Shown one piece after another: positions 17,717 through 25,886 of a stretch of 64,000 nucleotides of DNA. Each line of letters begins with the position of its first letter. The first letter of the stretch is position 1. The stretch is taken from assembly GCA_027021705.1 (NCBI GenBank), contig JALUTT010000170.1:2429-66428 (forward strand). Reading direction: 5' to 3'. A program made the translations under genes and the position numbers. The notes beneath the pieces were generated by a model. It saw only the letters and a list, made by a program, of their open reading frames with translations, ran no database searches and had not been told where the DNA came from. This DNA comes from Anaerolineae bacterium (GTDB taxonomy: Bacteria; Chloroflexota; Anaerolineae; S140-20).

Positions 17717-18652
17717 TTACCCTCCGAAGAAAGCGATCACCCGCTCCTCCAGGCTGATGACCCAGAACTGTAGATCCACAAGCCACTGCTGGGCGCTGTT
17801 GGGCAGGAGTGACTGCACCGTCCGGCCCTGCACCATCAGCACCCCTAGCCCGATGAAGAGCAGACCGCTGACGATGTTGGTTGTGTGCAGCAGGAGCTCC
17901 CGACGTCCCAGGCGGACGACCCAGCCTTTGCCCCGCAGGATGCGCCAGAAGAGGCTGGTGCGAGGTTGATCCCCGAAGAAGGTGGAGACCAGCATCAAGG
18001 GCAGACCCAGCCCCAGAGCATAGATGAAGAGCAATACGGTGCCCTGCAGGACCGTCTGGGCCGAGGCGGCCAGGGCCAGGATGGAGGCTAGGATAGGACC
18101 AACGCAAGGGGTGAGGGCGAAGCCGAAGGTCAGGCCGAAGAGGAAGGACCCCCCCAAGGTAGCTGAGGGATTGGTAGCGAAGTTGGGGCCGCTGAAGCCC
18201 ATATCCAGCAACGTCATCAGGCCCAGGAGGATGATCACCGCGCCGCTGAGCATCGTCAGGGTCTGTAGGTGCTGGCGCAGAAAGCTGCCGATGAAGGAGG
18301 CCGAAGCGCCCAGGAGGGTGAAGACCAGGGCCAGCCCGACGAAGAAAGCGGTCGTCATCAGGGCGATTCGCCGGCGGTCCGACTGAAAGGTGAAGGCGAA
18401 ATAGGCCGGCAAAATGGGCAGCGTGCAGGGGGAGGTGAAGCTGAGCACGCCGGCGATAAAGGCCAAGATGGTCAAGGCGACGAAGCTGGCATCGCCCAGA
18501 TCGGCTGAGGGGCCCCCCTGCGTTTCGGAAGGAACTGGCCGGCCGAAGAGCAGGGCCACAACGATGAGGATGAAAGCCACCGCTGCCATCGCCAGGATGA
18601 TCCGCTTCAGCCAGGAGAGGTCCGTGAAGGAAGGCCCCGCCGACCTGAACAT
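17717..18652 (-). CDS. ccdA: cytochrome c biogenesis protein CcdA (DsbD-like transmembrane electron transporter)
   Basis: FTSPCTLPILPAYFAF and LTPCVGPIL motifs with the two conserved Cys. Polytopic membrane protein. Confidence 0.8.
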   Translation of the reverse strand: MFRSAGPSFTDLSWLKRIILAMAAVAFILIVVALLFGRPVPSETQGGPSADLGDASFVALTILAFIAGVLSFTSPCTLPILPAYFAFTFQSDRRRIALMTTAFFVGLALVFTLLGASASFIGSFLRQHLQTLTMLSGAVIILLGLMTLLDMGFSGPNFATNPSATLGGSFLFGLTFGFALTPCVGPILASILALAASAQTVLQGTVLLFIYALGLGLPLMLVSTFFGDQPRTSLFWRILRGKGWVVRLGRRELLLHTTNIVSGLLFIGLGVLMVQGRTVQSLLPNSAQQWLVDLQFWVISLEERVIAFFGG

Positions 18653-18653
18653 C

Positions 18654-18800
18654 CTACGACTTTTCCTCCTCGACCAGGCTCTCCAACATCCGCAGCTCTT
18701 TCTCCAGGTTCTTCTGGCGTTGGATCAAGCTGAAGACGTAGAAGAAGGTGAATCCCCAGAAGATCAGATAGGCGACGACCAGGTATCCAAGGGTTCCCAT
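18654..18800 (-). CDS. ccmD: CcmD-like small membrane protein (haem exporter protein D)
   Basis: About 48 aa, MGTLGYLVVAYLIFWGFTFFYVFSLIQRQKNLEKELRMLESL... A single TM followed by a charged helix, which is the typical CcmD layout. Too short for the ORF track. Sits between ccmC and ccdA. Confidence 0.55.
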   Translation of the reverse strand: MGTLGYLVVAYLIFWGFTFFYVFSLIQRQKNLEKELRMLESLVEEEKS

Positions 18801-19020
18801 GGGGTTATCCTCCTTGCGTTGCAGGCCGGCATCGTTGCCACGCTCTGGAATTTAGACGCGGCATCCTTGCCAACCTTACTTCTTTTAGATGCAGAAAAGG
18901 CGACAAGGTTACATCGTTGGGATGCGGGTGAGGGCAAAGAAGTCCCCGGTTGCCTTTTGCAGCACCGGTGGGCATCCGCCCATCGGTGGTCTGTCCATCC
19001 GACAAGGCGGTCAGGCCGGC

Positions 19021-19722
19021 TCAGCGGATCAGAAGACGTTGGCGCAGGTAGGCCACCCGATCGCTCATCTTCTCCAGGCGGATCCGTGCCCGCAGCAGGA
19101 CCAGGTACAGGACGGTGAAGGTCGCGATGGAGAAGAGCAGCGTGTGCAGCATCCGAGGGGTGATCGAGAAGCCACCTTGAGCTCCCGGCGCGTTGGGATT
19201 CAGGATGTCCGGATGGATGGTCCGCCACCAGCGGATGGCCATAAAGCTGAGGGGTACGGTGATGAAGGCGATGATTCCATAAACGGCGGCGAAGCGGGCG
19301 CGCCGACCGGGCTCTTCCAGCGCACCGCGCAGCATGAAGTAGGCCAAGTAGATCAACCACTGGATGGCACTGATGGTCAGACGGGGCTCCCAGGTCCACC
19401 AGGTGTTCCAGACGGGCCGGGCCCACAGGGAGCCGGTGATCAGCACCATCGTAATGAAGAGGGTGCCCACTTCGGCCGAGGAGAGGGCTAGGACATCCCA
19501 GCGCCGCTCCCGGCGGATCAGGTAGGCAATGCTGGCCAACATCGTGACGAAGAAGGCGAAGAAGCCGACCCAGGCGGCGGAGACGTGGAAGTAGAAGATG
19601 CGCTGCACATCTCCCATCGTCCTCTCGCGCGGCGCGTAGAGGAAGACCATCAACAGGGCCAGGGCGACCATCAGGGCCGCCAGGCCAGCGAGCAGGGGTT
19701 CCCAGTTCCTTGAGCGTGACAC
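19021..19722 (-). CDS. ccmC: haem exporter protein CcmC
   Basis: WWD domain (W..WWTWEPRLT) and polytopic membrane topology. Confidence 0.8.
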   Translation of the reverse strand: MSRSRNWEPLLAGLAALMVALALLMVFLYAPRERTMGDVQRIFYFHVSAAWVGFFAFFVTMLASIAYLIRRERRWDVLALSSAEVGTLFITMVLITGSLWARPVWNTWWTWEPRLTISAIQWLIYLAYFMLRGALEEPGRRARFAAVYGIIAFITVPLSFMAIRWWRTIHPDILNPNAPGAQGGFSITPRMLHTLLFSIATFTVLYLVLLRARIRLEKMSDRVAYLRQRLLIR

Positions 19723-19761
19723 GGTTCCCTCCTGGGGTACGTGTTGCGTGGGACGTGTGGG

Positions 19762-20448
19762 TTACTCTTCCACGACGAAGTCGAAGAGCATCGTGCTGAC
19801 TGTGACGATGATGACGTCGTAGACAACGAGCAGACGGAGCCAGTAGGCCACATCAGCGATAGGCAGGGCTTCCAGAAAGCCGCCAGTGGCCCGGACGGCG
19901 GCCATCAGCACGGGGACGGCGGCAGGCAGGAGCAGGATGGGCAACATCACCTCGCGGGCTCGGGTGTTGACGGCCATCGTGGCGAAGAGGGTGCCCACAG
20001 CAGCGTAGCCGGCTGTCCCTAAGAGCAGGGTCAGCAGCACGCCGGCCCGGAAGACGGGCAGGTTGAAGAGGACGGCGAAGACGGGCAGGACAACCGCTTC
20101 CACCAGGGTGATGAAGAAGAAGTTGCCGATGGCCTTGCCCAGGTAGATGGTGCTGCGGTCCATCGGGGCCAGCAACATCCCGTCGAAACAGCGGTTCTGC
20201 TCTTCCTGGGCCATCGAGCGGCTGAGGCCCAGGCTCCCGGCGAAGGCCACGGTGACCCAGAGGACGCCGGGGGCCGTCTGTTGGGCCGTGGCTGCCCGCA
20301 GGTCCAGGGCGAAGCTGAAGATCAGCACCGTCAGCAAGGCGAAGACGAGCATCGAGCTGAGCATCTCTCGGGTGCGCAGCTCGGTGATCACATCTTTGGT
20401 TAGGATGGCGAGGAGGCTGCGGAGGAAATTCAAAGACGCTCGCTCCAA
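19762..20448 (-). CDS. ccmB: haem exporter permease CcmB
   Basis: About 228 aa. Six-TM ABC-2-type permease with a CcmB-like N-terminus (LRSLLAILTKDV..ELRTRE). Confidence 0.75.
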   Translation of the reverse strand: MERASLNFLRSLLAILTKDVITELRTREMLSSMLVFALLTVLIFSFALDLRAATAQQTAPGVLWVTVAFAGSLGLSRSMAQEEQNRCFDGMLLAPMDRSTIYLGKAIGNFFFITLVEAVVLPVFAVLFNLPVFRAGVLLTLLLGTAGYAAVGTLFATMAVNTRAREVMLPILLLPAAVPVLMAAVRATGGFLEALPIADVAYWLRLLVVYDVIIVTVSTMLFDFVVEE

Positions 20449-21317
20449 GTTGTCTTTCGCCAGTGTGATGGTCCCAAATGCTCCACGAGACCCATGTCGC
20501 GAAGGATTTGAAGCTGTTGCCGGACCTTGGCCTGCACATTCCGATTGTTCGGGTAGTGTTGCCGGAAGACGGCTTCCCGGGCGTAGAGGTCCTGATTGGT
20601 GAACTCCCCGTCGGGCAGGTGGGTGTAAACCAACTTTAGCCAGCCGACAAGGTCATGGGCAAGGGGTGAGGGGCGTCGGAGATGCCGTACCTTCTCCCGA
20701 AACGCCCTGGTCAGGTCCCGGTCTGCTCGCCCGCCCTGCCGGGGACTGCGCCTCTTCCTCGTGCAAAGCGCTTCGTACAGCTCCAGGAACTCCTCATCGG
20801 GCTCGACGCGGTGGGGATCGAACTTGAGGCGGTTGTAGACCCCGTAGAGGTCGGAGATGATCTCCGTCTCCAGAGAGGCCTGGATGACCATGTTGACTTC
20901 CACGTTGTCCTCCAACCCCCCTTGGGTCAAATTTGACGACCCCACGATGGCGACGACGTCTGCGTCGTTGCGCATCAGGTAGAGCTTCGGATGGTAAAGG
21001 GATGCGGTACCGGGATCGGTGTAGCAATACAGAGCCAATTGCGAAGCCCGGGACGTCTCGTACAGATGCCACAGTGCTTGGGGCTCGGTGACCGTCGCAT
21101 CCAATCCGACGAGGAACTCTACGGCCCCTCCGGTCTGGAGCACCTTCTGGAGAGGAGGCCACACGCGATCCAGGCCCGATTGGGAGAGAAAGGCCACGGC
21201 GATCCTCACATCGCGGGAGCGTTCAAGAGCGGATTGCAGAACCGAGGCCATCGTCTGTTGAGCGTTGTCGGCGACGGTAATCTGCATCCTGGTGCCGCCT
21301 TTCTGGGAATTCCCCAA
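20430..21317 (-). CDS. PLD-family (single HKD) nuclease-like protein with a distinct C-terminal domain
   Basis: HKD signature YHPKLYLMRNDADVVAIVGSSNLTQGG in the N-terminal half. The C-terminal roughly 140 aa is unrelated and basic/helical. The gene lies between ccmA and ccmB and overlaps the ccmB start by 19 bp. Confidence 0.6.
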   Translation of the reverse strand: MGNSQKGGTRMQITVADNAQQTMASVLQSALERSRDVRIAVAFLSQSGLDRVWPPLQKVLQTGGAVEFLVGLDATVTEPQALWHLYETSRASQLALYCYTDPGTASLYHPKLYLMRNDADVVAIVGSSNLTQGGLEDNVEVNMVIQASLETEIISDLYGVYNRLKFDPHRVEPDEEFLELYEALCTRKRRSPRQGGRADRDLTRAFREKVRHLRRPSPLAHDLVGWLKLVYTHLPDGEFTNQDLYAREAVFRQHYPNNRNVQAKVRQQLQILRDMGLVEHLGPSHWRKTTWSERL

Positions 21318-21347
21318 GCTGGATGACGGAGCTTTGCCGACGGGCGG

Positions 21348-22052
21348 TCACCCCGACACCACCCGCTCATACACACCGGGGAAAGCGTGCGGGTCAATCT
21401 CGCTCCGGGGGGCCTGGTAGACAACCTTGCCCCGGTTCAGGATGACGACCCGATGGCAGCGGTTCAGCGCCCGCTCGATGTTGTGGGTGGTGAGCAGGAC
21501 AGTACGGCCGGCGGCGGCAACTTCCTGTAGGATCCCATCCAGGATGGCCGCTGCCCGCTGGTCTAGCCCTGTGTAGGGCTCGTCGAAGAAGACGAGGCGG
21601 GGTCGGTGCAGGACGGCCCGGGCGATGGCCAGCCGCTGTTGCATCCCCCGCGAGTAGGTGCGCACGGGGTCGTGCCGCCGCGCCGACAGATCCACCATGG
21701 TCAGCATCTCGTCAATCCGCGCGTCCAGCTCCGAATTGTCCAGGCCGTAGAGCCGACCGTAGAAGCGCAGGTTCTCCTCGGCTGTCAGGTGGGGGTAGAG
21801 CAGGGTCTGGTGGGAGATGAGGCCGATCTGACGCCGGACGGCCGGCCCTGCCTTTTGCACATCGTAGCCGGCCACCTGCACCACCCCGGCCGTCGGTTTG
21901 CTCAGCGTGGCCAGGATGCGTAGCAGCGTCGTCTTGCCCGCTCCATTCGGCCCCAGGATGGAGACGAACTCCCCCGGCTCCACGTCCAGGTTCACACCCC
22001 GCAGCGCTGTGTGGACGCCAAAGGCCTTGACCAGTCCCCGCACGTGGATCAT
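21348..22052 (-). CDS. ccmA: ABC transporter ATP-binding protein CcmA (haem exporter)
   Basis: Walker A GPNGAGKTTLLRIL. Signature and Walker B motifs present. Genomic context. Confidence 0.8.
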   Translation of the reverse strand: MIHVRGLVKAFGVHTALRGVNLDVEPGEFVSILGPNGAGKTTLLRILATLSKPTAGVVQVAGYDVQKAGPAVRRQIGLISHQTLLYPHLTAEENLRFYGRLYGLDNSELDARIDEMLTMVDLSARRHDPVRTYSRGMQQRLAIARAVLHRPRLVFFDEPYTGLDQRAAAILDGILQEVAAAGRTVLLTTHNIERALNRCHRVVILNRGKVVYQAPRSEIDPHAFPGVYERVVSG

Positions 22053-23887
22053 CGTGCTTGCATCCGCTCGATCAGCTCCTCCACCAGCTCCGACCGCTCC
22101 CGACGGTACGTCGCTTCGTCCAGTTCGCCGGCCTCATAAGCGTCGTCTAGGTCGGCGATGGCCTCCAGCAGAGCCTGACGGTCGCTGGCGACGCGGACCC
22201 GGGCCAGCGCCTGGCGCGGCGACCATCCCTGCCAGATCAGGTAGGCAGCCACCACTCCCAGGGCCAGACCGATCAGCCCCAGTCCCAGGGCCTGGCGCTC
22301 GGTGGGGCCGGGTCGCCTGCTGGTCTCCCCCGCTGCCGTCGCCGTGGACGGTCGGGGCTTGCCTTTCATCTTCCACGAGACCTCCTGGCCCGGCGTGAGG
22401 GGACCTGTGCTGTAGTTGTAGACCACCTCCCCCTGCATCGGTACCGGCGTTGGCTCTCCCAATTGCTCGCTCTCAACAGTGATCCCCACATCGGGTACCA
22501 ACAGGTTGAGCGAGTTCACCGGATAGAGGAACCGACGGGTGATGACCAGCCCGTCCCGATAGGCTAGCGCATAGGAGAAGAGCAGTTCCGTTGTGCCCTC
22601 GCCAGGAAGCACGGGGGCCGTGTCTATGAACCCCTCGTCGGTCTCCGTGAAACGACCGGCCATCGTGCCCCGCTCGAAGCGCAGGTTGGTGGCTTCATCG
22701 GGCAGGGGGATCTGCAAGGAGCCGACATAGGTTCGGTCGCCTGCGTTGCTGACGATGTAGAGTTCGCCGATGCGCAGCCGGTCGGAGGCGGGGAAGTCGG
22801 CGAAGATGTGGACCCGATCGAAACGGATGGCGTCAGCCTGGTCGGTGGTCTCATACACGGTCAGGGTGACCTCGCCCTCGGGCTTGCTGACGGAGAGCTG
22901 GATAGCATCGCTGCCGTAGTTGACGCCTCGGTATTCCGTCGTGACCACGTAGGCAACTTGAGCTTCGGGGTCCAGGTCGGCGAAGCGGAAGGAACCATCG
23001 CTCTGGACGGTGGTCGAGAGGGTGCCGACCATCTTCACCTGCGGGCCGGCCTCGAAGGCGATGAGGGTGACGGTGATGCCCTGAGGCAGGACAGCCCCTG
23101 TCGTGCCGTTCACCACCTGTCCGGTGATGACGCCAGGACCGCCGGCGAAGGGGTCCTTGCCGGGCACGGCGAGGGCAGGCGGCGTGTAGTCGTAGCTGAA
23201 GGTGCGCAGGTAATCCACCACCTGCCAGCGGGCCTCCTCGTCGAGTTCGTCGGCAAAGGAGGGCATCCCTTTGGTGGGACGTCCCTGGGTCACGGTCTCG
23301 AAGAGCTCCTGTTGGCTCTTCTGGGCCATCATCGCCAGGTCGGTGAAGTCGGGCATTGGGCCGGGGGCTGCTGGCCCGCTCCCGGTGCCATCATCCCCGT
23401 GGCAGGCGGCACATCGGCCTTGGTAGATCCTCCGTCCTGCCTCAATCTGGTCCGAGGGCGTGCTCAACGTGTAGAGGTAGAAGACCAGGTCCCATCGCTC
23501 CTGCTCACTGAGGGGATTGCTGGAGGCTGGGCCAAAGGGGGGCATCGCCGTCCCCTGCCGGCCGTTGGTAATGGTCTCGAACCAACGGGCGGGTGTGGTG
23601 GCCCGAGCCAAGGCGGGATCGGTCAGGTCGGGCATCGGCAGCCCTACCGCCTGGGCCTGGGGACCATCCCCCTGGCCATTCTGACCATGGCAGGGGAGGC
23701 AGCGTTGGGCAAAGATGCTCGCGGCTCGCTCGGGCGAAGGCTGGGAAGGGGGCCCCCCTTCCTGAGCGCGGGTCAGGGTCGGGAGTAGGGCAAGGGCAAA
23801 GGTGAAAGCAAGCCAGCCGGCGATCACCCTGCCGACCTGAAGCTTACCTTCTATCCAACGGGAACGGACTGACTTGTTCACGCTCAA
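22049..23887 (-). CDS. membrane-anchored dihaem cytochrome c with a large beta-rich extracytoplasmic domain
   Basis: Two class I cytochrome c motifs (CLPCHGQNG and CAACHGDDG). A central beta-sandwich-like region. A single TM near the C-terminus followed by an acidic helical tail. Confidence 0.65.
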   Translation of the reverse strand: MSVNKSVRSRWIEGKLQVGRVIAGWLAFTFALALLPTLTRAQEGGPPSQPSPERAASIFAQRCLPCHGQNGQGDGPQAQAVGLPMPDLTDPALARATTPARWFETITNGRQGTAMPPFGPASSNPLSEQERWDLVFYLYTLSTPSDQIEAGRRIYQGRCAACHGDDGTGSGPAAPGPMPDFTDLAMMAQKSQQELFETVTQGRPTKGMPSFADELDEEARWQVVDYLRTFSYDYTPPALAVPGKDPFAGGPGVITGQVVNGTTGAVLPQGITVTLIAFEAGPQVKMVGTLSTTVQSDGSFRFADLDPEAQVAYVVTTEYRGVNYGSDAIQLSVSKPEGEVTLTVYETTDQADAIRFDRVHIFADFPASDRLRIGELYIVSNAGDRTYVGSLQIPLPDEATNLRFERGTMAGRFTETDEGFIDTAPVLPGEGTTELLFSYALAYRDGLVITRRFLYPVNSLNLLVPDVGITVESEQLGEPTPVPMQGEVVYNYSTGPLTPGQEVSWKMKGKPRPSTATAAGETSRRPGPTERQALGLGLIGLALGVVAAYLIWQGWSPRQALARVRVASDRQALLEAIADLDDAYEAGELDEATYRRERSELVEELIERMQAR

Positions 23888-24065
23888 AGGCTATTCCCTT
23901 TCCTTGATGGCAAGCACGAATCCGATTTGCTTCTGGGGTCCCCTCAATGCTCAGGCTGGTGGCAGAAATGGGATGCCCTTGGTGCGAGACCTGCCAAGCC
24001 GGCATTGAGGTCAACGGAGGTTCGCTCCAAGAGGGGCTGCCTTTTCCGAATGGCCTCCTCCGGGC

Positions 24066-24651
24066 CTACTGGGCAGGCGCACCACAGCGGGCGCAGAACC
24101 GGTCATCGGAATCCAGAGGGGAGCCACACTGGGAGCAGACCGGCAGCGGGGTGCCACACCGGGAGCAGAAACGGTCTCCCGGATCCCCTCGATGCCCACA
24201 GGATGGGCAGGCAGGTCCCACCGCTGTTGACGTTTCGACGGTCGGCTCCCGGCCCCCGGAGGATGCCACAGCGGCGGGCTCCGCGACCGGCTGGCCGCGC
24301 TGGCGTCGCAGTGCGGCGACCTGCCGCTCGATCTCGGCCTCCAGCGCTGCCCGCCCATCTCCACCGGTCAGTTCATCAATGCGTTTCAGAATCTCCACCC
24401 CCTGGGCAACGTACTGATCCCGCAGGGGTTTGTAGTCCTCTTCGGCGATCTTGCCGGTCTGGTAGTCGAAATCCAGTTCCCGGATGGCTGTGTAGATCGC
24501 CTCACGCTGCTCGTACAGTTCCTTCAATGGGTTCTCGTCGTCGGTGAGGGGAGCGGGTTCATCGGAGGACTGGAAGAGGGGGCGGAGAATCCAGGCGACG
24601 GTCACCAGCAGCAAGCCGGCTCCAAAAAGCAGGGCTCCAAGGTTCATCGGT
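24066..24651 (-). CDS. single-pass membrane protein with a C-terminal double zinc-ribbon
   Basis: TM LGALLFGAGLLLVTVAWIL. C-terminal CPSCGHRG..FCSRCGTPL..CSQCGSPL..FCARCGAP. Start taken at MNLGALL (the long ORF extends to 24743). Confidence 0.5.
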
Positions 24652-24773
24652 GCGTATTCCGTATTCCGTATTTCGTGTTTCGCATTTCGTGCTTCGTATG
24701 CCGTCCCGCCCTTCACGCTTCCTGGGCTCGTTTGGCGTTTCACGTCTCACAGGCCGCGTGCTGCGGGGGGCGC

Positions 24774-25337
24774 TCACTGGGAGAGCAGGTCTCGGATGGC
24801 CTGATCCAGCTCGCCGGGCCTGAAGGGACCCACTTTGGTCAAGACGATGCGTCCCTCTCGATCTATGATGAAGGTCTCGGGAACGCCGGTGATGCGGTAG
24901 GCGTCAGAGATGCGGCTGCGCAGGTCTGGCCCGTTGGGGTAGGTGATGTTGAACTCCTCCAAGTAGGCCCGGGCCTTGCTCTCCGTGTCCACGTAGTCCA
25001 CACCCAGGACGACGACCCCCTGGTCCCGGTACTTGCGCCACACCATCTCCAGCTCCTCGGCCTCTCGTCGGCATTCGACACACCAGGAGGCCCAGAAGTT
25101 GACGACGACGATCCGTCCGCGCAGTTGGGAGAGGGTGACCTCGCCGCTGGTGAACTCGTTCTCGTAGCCGCTGAAAATGGGCAGCGTGAAGTCGGGGGCC
25201 AGGCCCGACTCCGGCCGGGTCTGGGACTGGCGGACGAGCCCCCAGCCCAGCAGGCCCAGCAGGGCGAAGGTAACGACCCAGACCAGCAGACGACCTACGC
25301 GCAGACCGGTTTTTGGCTGCACCGCTTCTTCTGCCAT
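24774..25337 (-). CDS. TlpA-like thioredoxin-fold thiol:disulfide oxidoreductase
   Basis: FWASWCVECRRE CxxC motif. N-terminal TM. Start taken at MAEEAVQ, since the longer ORF would overlap ccmH by 86 bp. Confidence 0.7.
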   Translation of the reverse strand: MAEEAVQPKTGLRVGRLLVWVVTFALLGLLGWGLVRQSQTRPESGLAPDFTLPIFSGYENEFTSGEVTLSQLRGRIVVVNFWASWCVECRREAEELEMVWRKYRDQGVVVLGVDYVDTESKARAYLEEFNITYPNGPDLRSRISDAYRITGVPETFIIDREGRIVLTKVGPFRPGELDQAIRDLLSQ

Positions 25338-25341
25338 CGCC

Positions 25342-25839
25342 TCACTCCCACTCACGCAGCTCCCGCTCCAGGCGGGCGACGTAATCTTCGGGTAGGTCGC
25401 TGCTGGCCCGTACCGGTGAAGGTTCAACGGGGATGGTCGCGGTAGCCACCGTCCGTCTCCCCATCCAGCGTCGGAAGAGTTGGATCATAATGCCGATGCC
25501 CGCCAGGGTCCCTACCACAGGCAGGATCCAGACCCAGAGGGCGAAACCTGCCTGGCGGGGGAGGGCCCGCACCCGGTCTCCATACCGCTCGGTAAAGTAG
25601 TTGATCACCTCTTGATCACTGTAACCAGCAGCCAGCAGTTCACCGATCTGCTCTCGCCAGTCAGCACAGGCTTGGGTCTCGCACACGTCCAGGGGGGTGT
25701 TCTCGCAGACGGGACAGTAGAGTTGCTTGGCCACACGGTTGATGTCGTCCTTGGTGACCTCGCCGCCTTGGGCATAGACGACGCCAACCAAGAGCAGGCT
25801 GATGAGCGCAAGCCCTATCCATAGCCACCATCTCTTCAT
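25342..25839 (-). CDS. ccmH: cytochrome c-type biogenesis protein CcmH/CycL-like
   Basis: Signal/TM, LYCPVCEN (LRCxxC-type) motif, and a second TM. Lies between ccmF and tlpA. Confidence 0.65.
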   Translation of the reverse strand: MKRWWLWIGLALISLLLVGVVYAQGGEVTKDDINRVAKQLYCPVCENTPLDVCETQACADWREQIGELLAAGYSDQEVINYFTERYGDRVRALPRQAGFALWVWILPVVGTLAGIGIMIQLFRRWMGRRTVATATIPVEPSPVRASSDLPEDYVARLERELREWE

Positions 25840-25886
25840 TGGGGTTACCTCCTCCAGAGGTCGGAGCCTCCGGTGATGCGCCCCTT

